Assembly: GCA_963779845.1 (NCBI GenBank)
Contig: CAVZZV010000002.1
Coordinates: 53,140-117,139, forward strand
Length of the DNA: 64,000 nucleotides
Direction of reading: 5' to 3'
Origin: an uncultured Bacteroidales bacterium
GTDB lineage: Bacteria > Bacteroidota > Bacteroidia > Bacteroidales > GCA-2748055
Shown here one piece after another: positions 39,082-47,882 of this stretch; position 1 is the stretch's first letter, and every line of letters starts with the position of its first letter. The translations under genes were made by a program, and so were the position numbers. Below the pieces are notes generated by a model that did no database searches, had not been told where the DNA came from, and saw only the letters and a program-made list of their open reading frames with translations.

Positions 39082-40665
39082 TTAAATAATTTTTAAAACA
39101 ATAGAATTAAGTGCCCTTACTTTACCATCGGGACCAATGGCTTTAATATCAGTTACAGTCAGGGTCTTCCCTGCGCTTAGCTGACTAATTATTTCGATCT
39201 GAGGTCTGGTGAATTTAGCGTTATCGGATTTTTCGGATTTGGAAAAACCTCCGGACAAAACGGCGGACACCATAAATTCGGTTACCGTAAAGTCCAGGTC
39301 AAATAGGAAGTTCTCAAGAACAGCATCCACTCCTCTGGCCGAAGTAAGCTGGGGCATGGTAATGGCCCCCTGGGAGCGGCCGGCAATTTTTGCCACGGGG
39401 GGAGGGACATCTTTTACCCGGAAGTCCATGCTGCCCATAAAGCGGCGGTTGTTGTCAACCGTAGCATAAACTCTGACGCTGATCACTTCATCTTCCGGAC
39501 CTGCAGCCGGAGAAACCTGCCATTCGCCATTGGAGGTTCTGCTGATTTTTCCTTTGGTAATATCGGCCTGTATATTTTCCTTGGGCACCCCCGAAACAGA
39601 GATGGCCACCGGATTTGCCACGCCCCTGTAAAATACGTTCATTTTAGTTGGGGAAACTACAGCACTGGCCTCGGCCACCTGGTATTCTTCTGAAAATTTC
39701 CTGACAATGGTGTTTCCGTCATCCCCTTCAATAACAATGGTTCCACCCCATTTTTTCAATCCGGTTGCAGAGGTGGTGGAGGTAAAGATCCCTTTTCCAT
39801 CCTTTACATCCAGTTTGGACCCGTCGTTAAGGGTCACCGTGGGGAGTTTCGTGGAGTCGTATGCGGCCAGGAACACCTGTGCCTTATACTCCTGTCCCTT
39901 GAAAACGTAATCTGATGACTCAAGTACAACAGCTTCAATTTTGTTAAATTTGAAGGAACCGGCATCAATCTGGCTTAAAAGATAACCCAGCATTTCCGCT
40001 TCGGTATTCCTTACATCCGATTGCATTTTGGATAATATGGTAATTACCGAGGCAAGAGGAAGATGTTCAAAGTGTTCTGATTCCCAGGAAAGTTTTTCCC
40101 CCTTGGAATGGGAACTTTTTTCCGGTGGATTGGTATCAAGGGTACTTTCAACCGATGAGACAACCGGTGCATAGTCTTCCTTGTTTTCAATCATCGAAAG
40201 AAGGCTCTCCCGGTAATAATCGATCTGCTTTTTGAGTTCTTCACCCCGTTTTTTTTGGATCATTATCTCAGCGGGCACGTCGGCATTGTCTTTAGCGGTT
40301 ACCAGGGCAAGATCAATTTCATCATCCTGAATAGCCGGGGTTTCCGGTCCTTCAGAAGTGACAATAATTTCCTTTTTTGCTTCCTGGATAAAGTGGTACA
40401 ATGAATCGGACATAGCCTGAACACGGTCTGCACGAGCTTTCCAATCGCCCACCTTGGTAGGGTTAAGTTCATTGGCTGCCTGAAAGTCGGAATAAAGGCT
40501 GTTGTTTTTCTTTGAAAAATTTTCAGTGGTTTCAGTCAAACCTCTGTCAACCAATACAAATGCGTCAAGAACATCTTTGGATACATTGAGTGCCAATAGT
40601 GCGGTAAGCACCAGGTACATCATACCAATCATTTTCTGACGCGGGGTTTCCTTACCGTGGGCCAT
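39082..40665 (-). CDS. gldM: Gliding motility / T9SS protein GldM (PorM)
   Basis: 527 aa. The N-terminus MAHGKETPRQKMIGMMYLVLTALLALNVS is the single TM segment characteristic of GldM. Confidence 0.9.
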   Translation of the reverse strand: MAHGKETPRQKMIGMMYLVLTALLALNVSKDVLDAFVLVDRGLTETTENFSKKNNSLYSDFQAANELNPTKVGDWKARADRVQAMSDSLYHFIQEAKKEIIVTSEGPETPAIQDDEIDLALVTAKDNADVPAEIMIQKKRGEELKKQIDYYRESLLSMIENKEDYAPVVSSVESTLDTNPPEKSSHSKGEKLSWESEHFEHLPLASVITILSKMQSDVRNTEAEMLGYLLSQIDAGSFKFNKIEAVVLESSDYVFKGQEYKAQVFLAAYDSTKLPTVTLNDGSKLDVKDGKGIFTSTTSATGLKKWGGTIVIEGDDGNTIVRKFSEEYQVAEASAVVSPTKMNVFYRGVANPVAISVSGVPKENIQADITKGKISRTSNGEWQVSPAAGPEDEVISVRVYATVDNNRRFMGSMDFRVKDVPPPVAKIAGRSQGAITMPQLTSARGVDAVLENFLFDLDFTVTEFMVSAVLSGGFSKSEKSDNAKFTRPQIEIISQLSAGKTLTVTDIKAIGPDGKVRALNSIVLKII

Positions 40666-40676
40666 GCTGTTAGATC

Positions 40677-41642
40677 TTATTTTTTAGTAATGACGCTCAT
40701 CGCGGAGAGCATGTTACCGTATATGTTATTTAACTCAGAGAGATTTTGACTCAATTTACTGATCTCTGTACGGTATTTTTGGGTTTCGTCCACAGATGAC
40801 CTTAAGTTCTGCATCATATCTTCCATTCCTGAGAAAACTTTGTCTGTTTCTTTGGCTCGCTGCAAACTGCCGTTTAACTGACTTGCATAGGCGCTGTTTA
40901 ATTCTGCCAGGTTTTTGTTCAGACTGCTCAATTGTTCTCCAAACTGCTTTTGTCCGGATGAAATGTTGCTATAATCACTTTTCACCGATTGGGTAATCTG
41001 GTTATAGGAGGCAGTCAGTTCAGATGCTTGTTGTGCAAATTTCTGGGCTACCTCTTCTCCCGATTTATTAACCATTTCGGCTGTTTTCTGATAGGAAGAA
41101 GCGAGGCTGTTCACCGAATCATTCAGATTTCCTGTATTTTGGGCGTAGGAGTCTGAGACCGTGTGTATAGCTTCAGAGGCTGCTCTCATGTTATTGAGGT
41201 ATTCTTTGGTAGCAACCGATGCAGCAGTAATATCTGAGAGATTTGCTGAGGTCTGGCTTAAGCTGTTAAGTCCGGTACTAAGGCTTTTTAGTGTCTCAGG
41301 CTGAATATTGGCGTCTTTAAACAACTCGTCAAATTTTTGCAATCCAATCCCTCTGCCGGAGAGACTTTCCTCCCTGAAATTGTCCATCTCATCGGGATCG
41401 GTCATGCCGGCAAGTTCAGGATATACCAATGTCCAGTCGAGTTCCTCGTGTAAAGGTTCGAAAGCAGAGAAGAAGAAAATAATTGATTCTGTGGTGAGGC
41501 CTGCTACAATCATTACACTTGCAAAGGGCCAGTGCATGATCTTGAACATAGCTCCAATAATAACAACGGATGCTCCTATACCGTAGAGTTTGGCCATGAA
41601 ATTCTTCCATCCCGAACTCTGAACAATTTCAGTAACGTTCAT
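40677..41642 (-). CDS. gldL: Gliding motility / T9SS protein GldL (PorL)
   Basis: 321 aa with two N-terminal TM helices (YGIGASVVIIGAMFKIMHWPFASVMIVAGL) and a long Ser/Asn/Gln-rich helical C-terminus. Confidence 0.85.
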   Translation of the reverse strand: MNVTEIVQSSGWKNFMAKLYGIGASVVIIGAMFKIMHWPFASVMIVAGLTTESIIFFFSAFEPLHEELDWTLVYPELAGMTDPDEMDNFREESLSGRGIGLQKFDELFKDANIQPETLKSLSTGLNSLSQTSANLSDITAASVATKEYLNNMRAASEAIHTVSDSYAQNTGNLNDSVNSLASSYQKTAEMVNKSGEEVAQKFAQQASELTASYNQITQSVKSDYSNISSGQKQFGEQLSSLNKNLAELNSAYASQLNGSLQRAKETDKVFSGMEDMMQNLRSSVDETQKYRTEISKLSQNLSELNNIYGNMLSAMSVITKK

Positions 41643-41660
41643 AATAAAACTTTTTTTAAA

Positions 41661-43022
41661 TTATTTTGCACCTAAGTATGAACGGACACATCTGAATCCT
41701 ATATAGGATTTCGCGGTATCCTGGTATTCATAATCCCTGACACTGACCTGAAGGAAATGGGCCACATCTTTCCATGAGCCGCCCCTTACCACCTTACGTT
41801 TCATTACCGGAGGATCATCGGGTTTGGCGTTGTATTTATAATCAGGATTCATATTATGTGAAAATACATAGGCAGATTCATCGTATGCGTTCGCAGTCCA
41901 CTCAGCAACGTTTCCGGCCATATCATACAATCCGTATTCATTAGGGGAATAGGAGCCTACCCGTTGGGTAATCAGAGCCCCGTCGTCGATATAATTTCCC
42001 CTTAGCGGTTTAAAATTGGCCACGAAACAACCCAGTTGGTTACGGGTATAGGGGCCACCCCACGGATACATGCTGAGATCGAGGTTGCCTCTTGCCGCAT
42101 ATTCCCATTCCGCTTCAACCGGAAGGCGGTAATCCTGTACGAAAGGTTGGTCTTCACCGGCCAGGGCCGAATTCAGGAACTGGGTCCTCCATATACAAAA
42201 TGCGCTTGCCTGCTTCCAGCTTACACCGACCAGGGGATAATTATCATAGGAAGGATGCCAGAAATATAGGTTAGCATAAGGTTCGTTGAACGAATAGGAG
42301 AAATCGGCGATCCATGCAAGGGTATCAGGATAAACCCCGACTTTATCTTTGAAAATAAAGGATTGGCGGCCTTCAACCGGAGAAGTGGTGCCATCCAGAT
42401 TAGTCACAGTTCCTTCATATTGCTCTGTCTGATAATTGTAGCGATTGGCTCGTTTGGCTGCCTGCTGCATATCGATCCAGTAATAGTTGTAAATTAACTT
42501 TTCAACGGCAAGCTCCTTACGTCCAAAAAACTGGGCATCCCCGGAATAGTACAGACCAATCCGGTCGATCGTATTCTGAACATCGCCGTTTTTATCATCA
42601 TATTCTATTTTGGTACTCCAGTCAATCAATGCAGATTCCTGTCCGTTTTTATTGGCCATAATAGGATTACCTTCTCTATCCTTAAGGATATAGTCGTCAA
42701 TCTGATCGTCCACCAACGCCTGACGAAGGATGGAATCTCTCACCCAGTAAACAAACTGACGGTATTCGTTATTGGTAATTTCGGTTTCGTCCATCCAGAA
42801 GGCGTCGATAGTGACCGTTTTGGACATGGAATTTTGGGCGAAACTGACATCCTGATCGCTGGGTCCCATAACAAAACTTCCGGCAGGAATAAAAAGCATT
42901 CCGTAAGGATTGGGTTCAACATAGCCTTTTCGACCTTCTACACCGACCAATTCACCACTGTTATAATTAGCGCAACTGCCAAGGATGGCCAGCATGCTCA
43001 GAAGGGTAAGAAAATTTTTCAT
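41661..43022 (-). CDS. gldK: Gliding motility / T9SS lipoprotein GldK (PorK), FGE-sulfatase fold
   Basis: The probable start is MKNFLTLLSMLAILGSC, which has a lipobox. It carries SUMF1/FGE motifs including RGGSWKD. The ORF track extends it by 44 in-frame codons. Confidence 0.9.
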   Translation of the reverse strand: MKNFLTLLSMLAILGSCANYNSGELVGVEGRKGYVEPNPYGMLFIPAGSFVMGPSDQDVSFAQNSMSKTVTIDAFWMDETEITNNEYRQFVYWVRDSILRQALVDDQIDDYILKDREGNPIMANKNGQESALIDWSTKIEYDDKNGDVQNTIDRIGLYYSGDAQFFGRKELAVEKLIYNYYWIDMQQAAKRANRYNYQTEQYEGTVTNLDGTTSPVEGRQSFIFKDKVGVYPDTLAWIADFSYSFNEPYANLYFWHPSYDNYPLVGVSWKQASAFCIWRTQFLNSALAGEDQPFVQDYRLPVEAEWEYAARGNLDLSMYPWGGPYTRNQLGCFVANFKPLRGNYIDDGALITQRVGSYSPNEYGLYDMAGNVAEWTANAYDESAYVFSHNMNPDYKYNAKPDDPPVMKRKVVRGGSWKDVAHFLQVSVRDYEYQDTAKSYIGFRCVRSYLGAK

Positions 43023-43023
43023 T

Positions 43024-43142
43024 CCCGAAGTACTCATCTTCGTTGTCCTGACAGACCACCTTCTCATAGCTTCAGGGGCAGAGAAACCTGCATTCTTTTC
43101 TTCATGCAGGGATCTGTTTTTGTAAAAACATGCTCGGTTCAT
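43024..43142 (-). promoter_or_regulatory. gldK leader element: 28-nt conserved box plus hairpins
   Basis: The box (minus strand) is ATGAACCGAGCATGTTTTTACAAAAACA at 43115-43142. Hairpin 1 is CCTGCAT/ATGCAGG at 43087-43110. A weaker long-range pairing CCC(T)GAAG/CTTCGGG (43024-43078) ends 1 nt before the ATG. Confidence 0.6.
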
Positions 43143-43220
43143 AGTTATCTTCATATTAATTGCAGATACAATTTGTCTATTTATAAAAATTTAAAACTTC
43201 AAGTAACCTCTTTTTCCTTG

Positions 43221-44168
43221 TTACAGGAATCTTACGCTCTTATATTTCTGGGGCGATTTATCCAGACCGAAGTCAAAGCAGTATCCCAAAGAGAGTTCAT
43301 GGCTTCCGCCACTGTAGTTGAACATCTTAGAGACAACAAAATCGTAGGAATACCCAACCCTTACGCCATTGAATAACTCAATGCCGAATAGTCCTACGAT
43401 TGCATCACCGGCTCTGTAAGAAACGCCACCCCAAATCTTTTTATTGTATTTGAGATGGGCATTCAAATAAAGCTGGTTCGCTTTTCCATCAGATTTTAGA
43501 ATGAACGAAGGCATTAACTCAAAAAGAGGGTTTGCCATTTGCAGTGTATAACCTCCTGTTATATAATAATGTCTGACGAGGTTCGTGACTGCATTTTCAT
43601 ACCTTATACGGGATTGATTCAAATGGGTTGTGGAAATTCCTAAAAAAAGATGGTCTGTTTTGTAAAAAAGGCCCAAACCCATGTCAAAACCTGCTCGTGC
43701 TTCTTTGGTTTGAGGGATTACCGGATCCCCCTGAACATCACCGCCAGTACCGGTTTCATCGGAAATGATCCATTCCGGATCGATGGATTTATTTAGCATT
43801 CCAAAATTTGCACCAAGACCTAATTTCCCTTTGCCTAAATCTATTTTATAGGAATAAGAGAGCATAAACCCAAGGTCGGAATAAAATCCGTAAGCATCAT
43901 TTAGTATTGAAATAGCGGCGCCATGATTGGCCCCGAGAAATGTAAATGGAGCATCGGCACTGAAAAATGAGGTCGAGGGAGCTCCCTTAAAACCGGACCA
44001 CTGTTCCCGGTGTACAGCGTTAAGACAAATTTTCTCATTACTACCCGCTGAACCAGGATTAAAAAAGTTCAAAACAGAACGGGTCTGACTGAATTCGGGA
44101 TCCTGCTGGGAGTAAATTTTGGTAAAACCCAAAAGAATGACGGACAATATGATTAATCTTTTTAACAT
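43221..44168 (-). CDS. porP: Type IX secretion system membrane protein PorP/SprF
   Basis: 315 aa with a signal peptide, then QQDPEFSQTRSVLNFFNPGSAG. It lies immediately upstream of gldK, as in porPKLMN. Confidence 0.85.
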   Translation of the reverse strand: MLKRLIILSVILLGFTKIYSQQDPEFSQTRSVLNFFNPGSAGSNEKICLNAVHREQWSGFKGAPSTSFFSADAPFTFLGANHGAAISILNDAYGFYSDLGFMLSYSYKIDLGKGKLGLGANFGMLNKSIDPEWIISDETGTGGDVQGDPVIPQTKEARAGFDMGLGLFYKTDHLFLGISTTHLNQSRIRYENAVTNLVRHYYITGGYTLQMANPLFELMPSFILKSDGKANQLYLNAHLKYNKKIWGGVSYRAGDAIVGLFGIELFNGVRVGYSYDFVVSKMFNYSGGSHELSLGYCFDFGLDKSPQKYKSVRFL

Positions 44169-44187
44169 TCTTCCCTATTTGAGCATT

Positions 44188-44209
44188 AAACCTGCGTTTG
44201 CAGGTTTTT
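44188..44209. terminator. 8-bp GC hairpin 20 nt upstream of the porP start
   Basis: AAACCTGC, loop GTTT, then GCAGGTTT with extra T residues. It lies downstream of the arginase-family gene on the minus strand. Confidence 0.4.
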
Positions 44210-44290
44210 CAGCTTTGTAAAATAAGTAAAAAACTAAGTATGGAACAAATTTTATCAACAGATATTTGTTAATAAAGGAGTGCCTTGAAA

Positions 44291-45449
44291 TCAACTATAT
44301 CTGCGCATTCTTCTCCACCAGCGGTCGGGGATTTCACTATTGCATGCCCTTGTGTAGTCCTCATACGAACAGGCAAGAATATGGTTACGTCCTGATAAAG
44401 AATCTACTATCGGGAGTTCAATCCACCAGCGGTCAGTAAGGCTACTTTTGTAAAAAGTCATGTTTTCAGAAGGGTGATTCGCTTTTACAATATATTTTTT
44501 ACTGTTCCCTGTTTGTGGATCTTCGTGGGTTCTAATGGAAAATCCATCAATAAAATACCAGATCGACTGGGCGGCCAAATGGGAAGTTTGGTCGTTGATG
44601 TCCTTGTTTGGATGGACTTCAAAAAATCCGATGGACTTAATTTTATCGGAAGCACCGGCGTATCTCGACATTTGGCAAAGCTCATGCCCAAAGAACCCGT
44701 TAGGACTTGGCAGGCTAACCCCGGGAGCTTCCGATTGCCTAATGCAGCTCATGTCGATACTCAACAAGTCAGTGTCACGTAATACCGGCTCAAGGCTCTG
44801 GAGATTGGCCCTTGCTTCACCCAGACGGATAGCATTCATGCCCAAGATCATCCATTTTGTCGATAAGCTTTGCCGGGGTAAAATACAGCTGATGCCCAAT
44901 GTTGATGTAGTTCAGCCTGGAGGCATTTTTTAATTTGAAAATACTTTCCAGGTAATTCCTTGAGCTAAATTCAGCTTTGTCCCATCCAAAATCCAACCTG
45001 GAATCAAGGGAGGTCAGGTTGCAATGACCTGCGAATTTTTCCATCCCAAGGGTCAGGGAATAACTCAGGTCCTGGCTTCCACCAAGGACAATAGCCACTA
45101 CATTTTTTTCAGCCAATTCCAGCAAAACATCCCTTAATCCAAAATAACTATCATTAATATTCTCTGTTTTTTTCAGATTTCCCAGATCGGCAATTTTTAT
45201 TTTTTTATGGACAGAGGTGAGCAGATATAGTTTTTCCCTTATTTTGTCCGGAGCGTTTTCGGCTCCTTTAATGAAAGCACCGCGGTCTTCCCCTGCCCCC
45301 AGGATGGCAATGTCAAAATCCGAAATGTTTTTTAAAGGGGTATCGGGAGTATGTATTTTAATGGATCTTCCAAAGCCATCCTCTCCCCGAATCAGGTTAA
45401 TGGATGGCTTTTCGAGGCTTACCGGATCAAAATAATCGACGATATTCAT
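44291..45449 (-). pseudogene. Arginase/formimidoylglutamase-family protein split by a frameshift (44817-44899 overlap)
   Basis: ORF 44817..45449 (…DIAILGAGEDRGAF…VVAIVLGGSQDLSY…) and ORF 44291..44899 (…LLSIDMSCIRQSEAPGV…) are collinear halves. The junction is ...KMDDLG / MNAIRLGEARANL. Confidence 0.65.
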
Positions 45450-45456
45450 GGTTTTC

Positions 45457-47766
45457 CTATTTCTTCTTTTTTGCTGCTTTTTCGATAATTGATTTGCAAT
45501 CTTCGAGGCTTAGCTCCCCGGGCGTCATTCCGCGGGGAATTTTATAATTCTTTTTCTCAAAGCTGATATAAGGCCCGTAACGGCCATTGAGGATTTCGAG
45601 ACCAGGCATTTCGTCAAACTTTTGGATTAATTTGTTTTTTTCCTGCTTTCGCTTTTCTTCAATAAGTTCGATAGCCCTGTCAAGGGAAATTGTTAAAGGA
45701 TTGTCAATATCTTTTTTCAGGCTGTAAAACTTCGAATTATGCCTGGCATAGGGTCCGAAGCGGCCAATTCCGATAACCACCTCCGCCTCTTCATAATTCC
45801 CCAGAGACCTGGGAAGCCTGAAAAGCTCAAGGGCTTCTTCAAGGCTAATAGTTTCCAGTCTCTGGCCTTGCAAAAGACTGGCAAAACGTGGTTTTTCGTC
45901 ATCAGTGGCTTCCCCTATCTGGACTACCGGGCCAAATCTGCCTATTTTTGCAATGACTTTTTTGCCGCTGGCAGGATCAATACCCAATTCTGTTTCCCCT
46001 CTGGCCCTGTCCCCATGTTCGGTGGTTTTCTCCACAATTTTATGAAAGGGTTTATAAAAGTGGTCGATCATTTTAGTCCACTCTTTTTTCCCGTCGGCAA
46101 TAAGGTCGAATTCCTCTTCCACGGTTGCTGTGAACTGATAGTCCATGATATTTGTAAAATACTGCTCAAGAAAATCGGTGACCACCATTCCAATATCAGT
46201 AGGAAAAAGCTTGGACTTTTCCAATCCAAAATTTTCAGTTTTTTCAGCAGATTCAATCTGGTTTTTTTTCAGGACCAGCTCTTTGTATTTTCGGGTGCTA
46301 CCCGGTCGATCTTCCTTCACCGCATAATTTCGCTGCTGGATGGTGGAGATGGTCGGGGCATAAGTGGAGGGTCGGCCAATCCCCAATTCTTCCAGTTTTT
46401 TTACCAGACTGGCTTCTGTATAACGGGGCGGATGATTGCTGTACCTCTCGGTGGCCGTGATTTTATCAAGGGCCAGAGGATCATTTTCCTTGAAGGGGGG
46501 CAACAGGCCTTTAACTTCTTCTTCCTGCTCATCATCACTCGACTCAATATAAAGTTTCAGGAACCCGTCGAATTTTAATACCTCTCCCGTGGCAATAAAA
46601 AGATCATCGATTTTGTTGTTTCCTATTTTGATGGTCGTTTTTTCCAGGAGGGCGTCACTCATTTGCGAAGCCAGGGTCCTTTTCCATATCAGTTCATACA
46701 ACTTTTTTTCCTGCGCTGTACCTGAAACGTCATTCTGGTCCATATAAGCAGGGCGGATGGCTTCGTGTGCTTCCTGCGCTCCTTTCGATTTGGTTGAATA
46801 TTTACGGGTATGAAGGTATTCTTTACCAAACGCGGACTCAATCACTTTGGCAGCAGAGGAAATGGCCGCAGACGACAGGTTCATGCTATCCGTCCTCATA
46901 TAGGTTATTTTCCCGTTTTCATAAAGTTTCTGTGCTACGACCATGGTCTGAGAAACGGAAAAGCCAAGTTTCCGGGAGGCTTCCTGTTGCAGGGTAGAGG
47001 TTGTAAATGGGGGTGCCGGCGATTTCTTCCCCGGTTTTTTGCTCACTTCCTGAACATGGAAGTTTGCCGATTTTAATTTTTCCAGTAAATTCTTTGTGGT
47101 TTCCTGATCTTTTAGCCTCTTATCAAGCTCTGCTGACATAGAAACCTGTTTCCCCTCCTTATTAACGGTATCGAAAAGCGCAATTACCCTGAAAGAAGAG
47201 CTGCTTTCATGAGCAATAATTTCCCTTTCGCGCTCTACGATAAGCTTAACAGCGACCGACTGTACCCGACCTGCAGAAAGGGAAGGCTTGATTTTTTTCC
47301 ATAAAATAGGTGAAATTTCAAAGCCCACCAACCGGTCCAGGATCCTTCTGGCCTGCTGGGCATTTACAAGATTGGTATCGATGGTCCTGGGGGTTTTAAT
47401 GGCATTTAATATGGCATCCTTGGTAATCTCATGAAAAACTATCCTATGGGTATTCTCAGGTTTAAGCTTTAATTCCTGAAACAGATGCCAGGATATCGCT
47501 TCCCCTTCGCGATCCTCATCAGAAGCAAGCCATACAAGTTTCGCATTTTTGGCCAGTTTTTTAAGTTCATCTACCACTTTTTTCTTGTCGGCAGGAACAA
47601 TATATTCTGGTTGGTAATTGTTATTAAGGTCTATACCAAAATTCTTCTTGGATAAATCGCGAATATGACCAAAACTGGATTTAACCAAAAAATCTTTACC
47701 AAGAAACTTTTCAATTGTTTTCGCCTTAGCCGGCGATTCAACGATGACCAAATTTCCTTCATTCAT
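45457..47766 (-). CDS. topA: DNA topoisomerase I
   Basis: 769 aa with the Toprim N-terminus LVIVESPAKAKTIEKFLG and the active-site segment GKITYMRTDS. Confidence 0.95.
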   Translation of the reverse strand: MNEGNLVIVESPAKAKTIEKFLGKDFLVKSSFGHIRDLSKKNFGIDLNNNYQPEYIVPADKKKVVDELKKLAKNAKLVWLASDEDREGEAISWHLFQELKLKPENTHRIVFHEITKDAILNAIKTPRTIDTNLVNAQQARRILDRLVGFEISPILWKKIKPSLSAGRVQSVAVKLIVEREREIIAHESSSSFRVIALFDTVNKEGKQVSMSAELDKRLKDQETTKNLLEKLKSANFHVQEVSKKPGKKSPAPPFTTSTLQQEASRKLGFSVSQTMVVAQKLYENGKITYMRTDSMNLSSAAISSAAKVIESAFGKEYLHTRKYSTKSKGAQEAHEAIRPAYMDQNDVSGTAQEKKLYELIWKRTLASQMSDALLEKTTIKIGNNKIDDLFIATGEVLKFDGFLKLYIESSDDEQEEEVKGLLPPFKENDPLALDKITATERYSNHPPRYTEASLVKKLEELGIGRPSTYAPTISTIQQRNYAVKEDRPGSTRKYKELVLKKNQIESAEKTENFGLEKSKLFPTDIGMVVTDFLEQYFTNIMDYQFTATVEEEFDLIADGKKEWTKMIDHFYKPFHKIVEKTTEHGDRARGETELGIDPASGKKVIAKIGRFGPVVQIGEATDDEKPRFASLLQGQRLETISLEEALELFRLPRSLGNYEEAEVVIGIGRFGPYARHNSKFYSLKKDIDNPLTISLDRAIELIEEKRKQEKNKLIQKFDEMPGLEILNGRYGPYISFEKKNYKIPRGMTPGELSLEDCKSIIEKAAKKKK

Positions 47767-47856
47767 AGCGACGTTCCCTCCTTATGGTAAGATTTTAAAA
47801 GCTGCAAAGTAAAATAAAACAAACACATAGTTCAAATTTTGATTAAAAATTATTGT

Positions 47857-47864
47857 TATTTTTG
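47857..47864 (+). promoter_or_regulatory. Bacteroidota -7 promoter box
   Basis: TATTTTTG lies 18 nt upstream of the ATG at 47883 and downstream of the ORF-track TTG start at 47853. Confidence 0.45.
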
Positions 47865-47882
47865 CCTCAAAGCACCGAAAAA

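Noticed and set aside
45739-46578. Long antisense ORFs inside well-supported genes. Examples are the 279-aa ORF opposite topA, 15036..15659 opposite the DUF4838-like gene, 33312..33830 opposite xdhC, 42834..43376 opposite gldK, and 35489..35926 opposite mlaF.
   Set aside because: These are shadow ORFs on the strand opposite to genes with clear family motifs. Their sequences are compositionally odd (Phe/Ser/Leu/Ile-rich) and carry no motifs.
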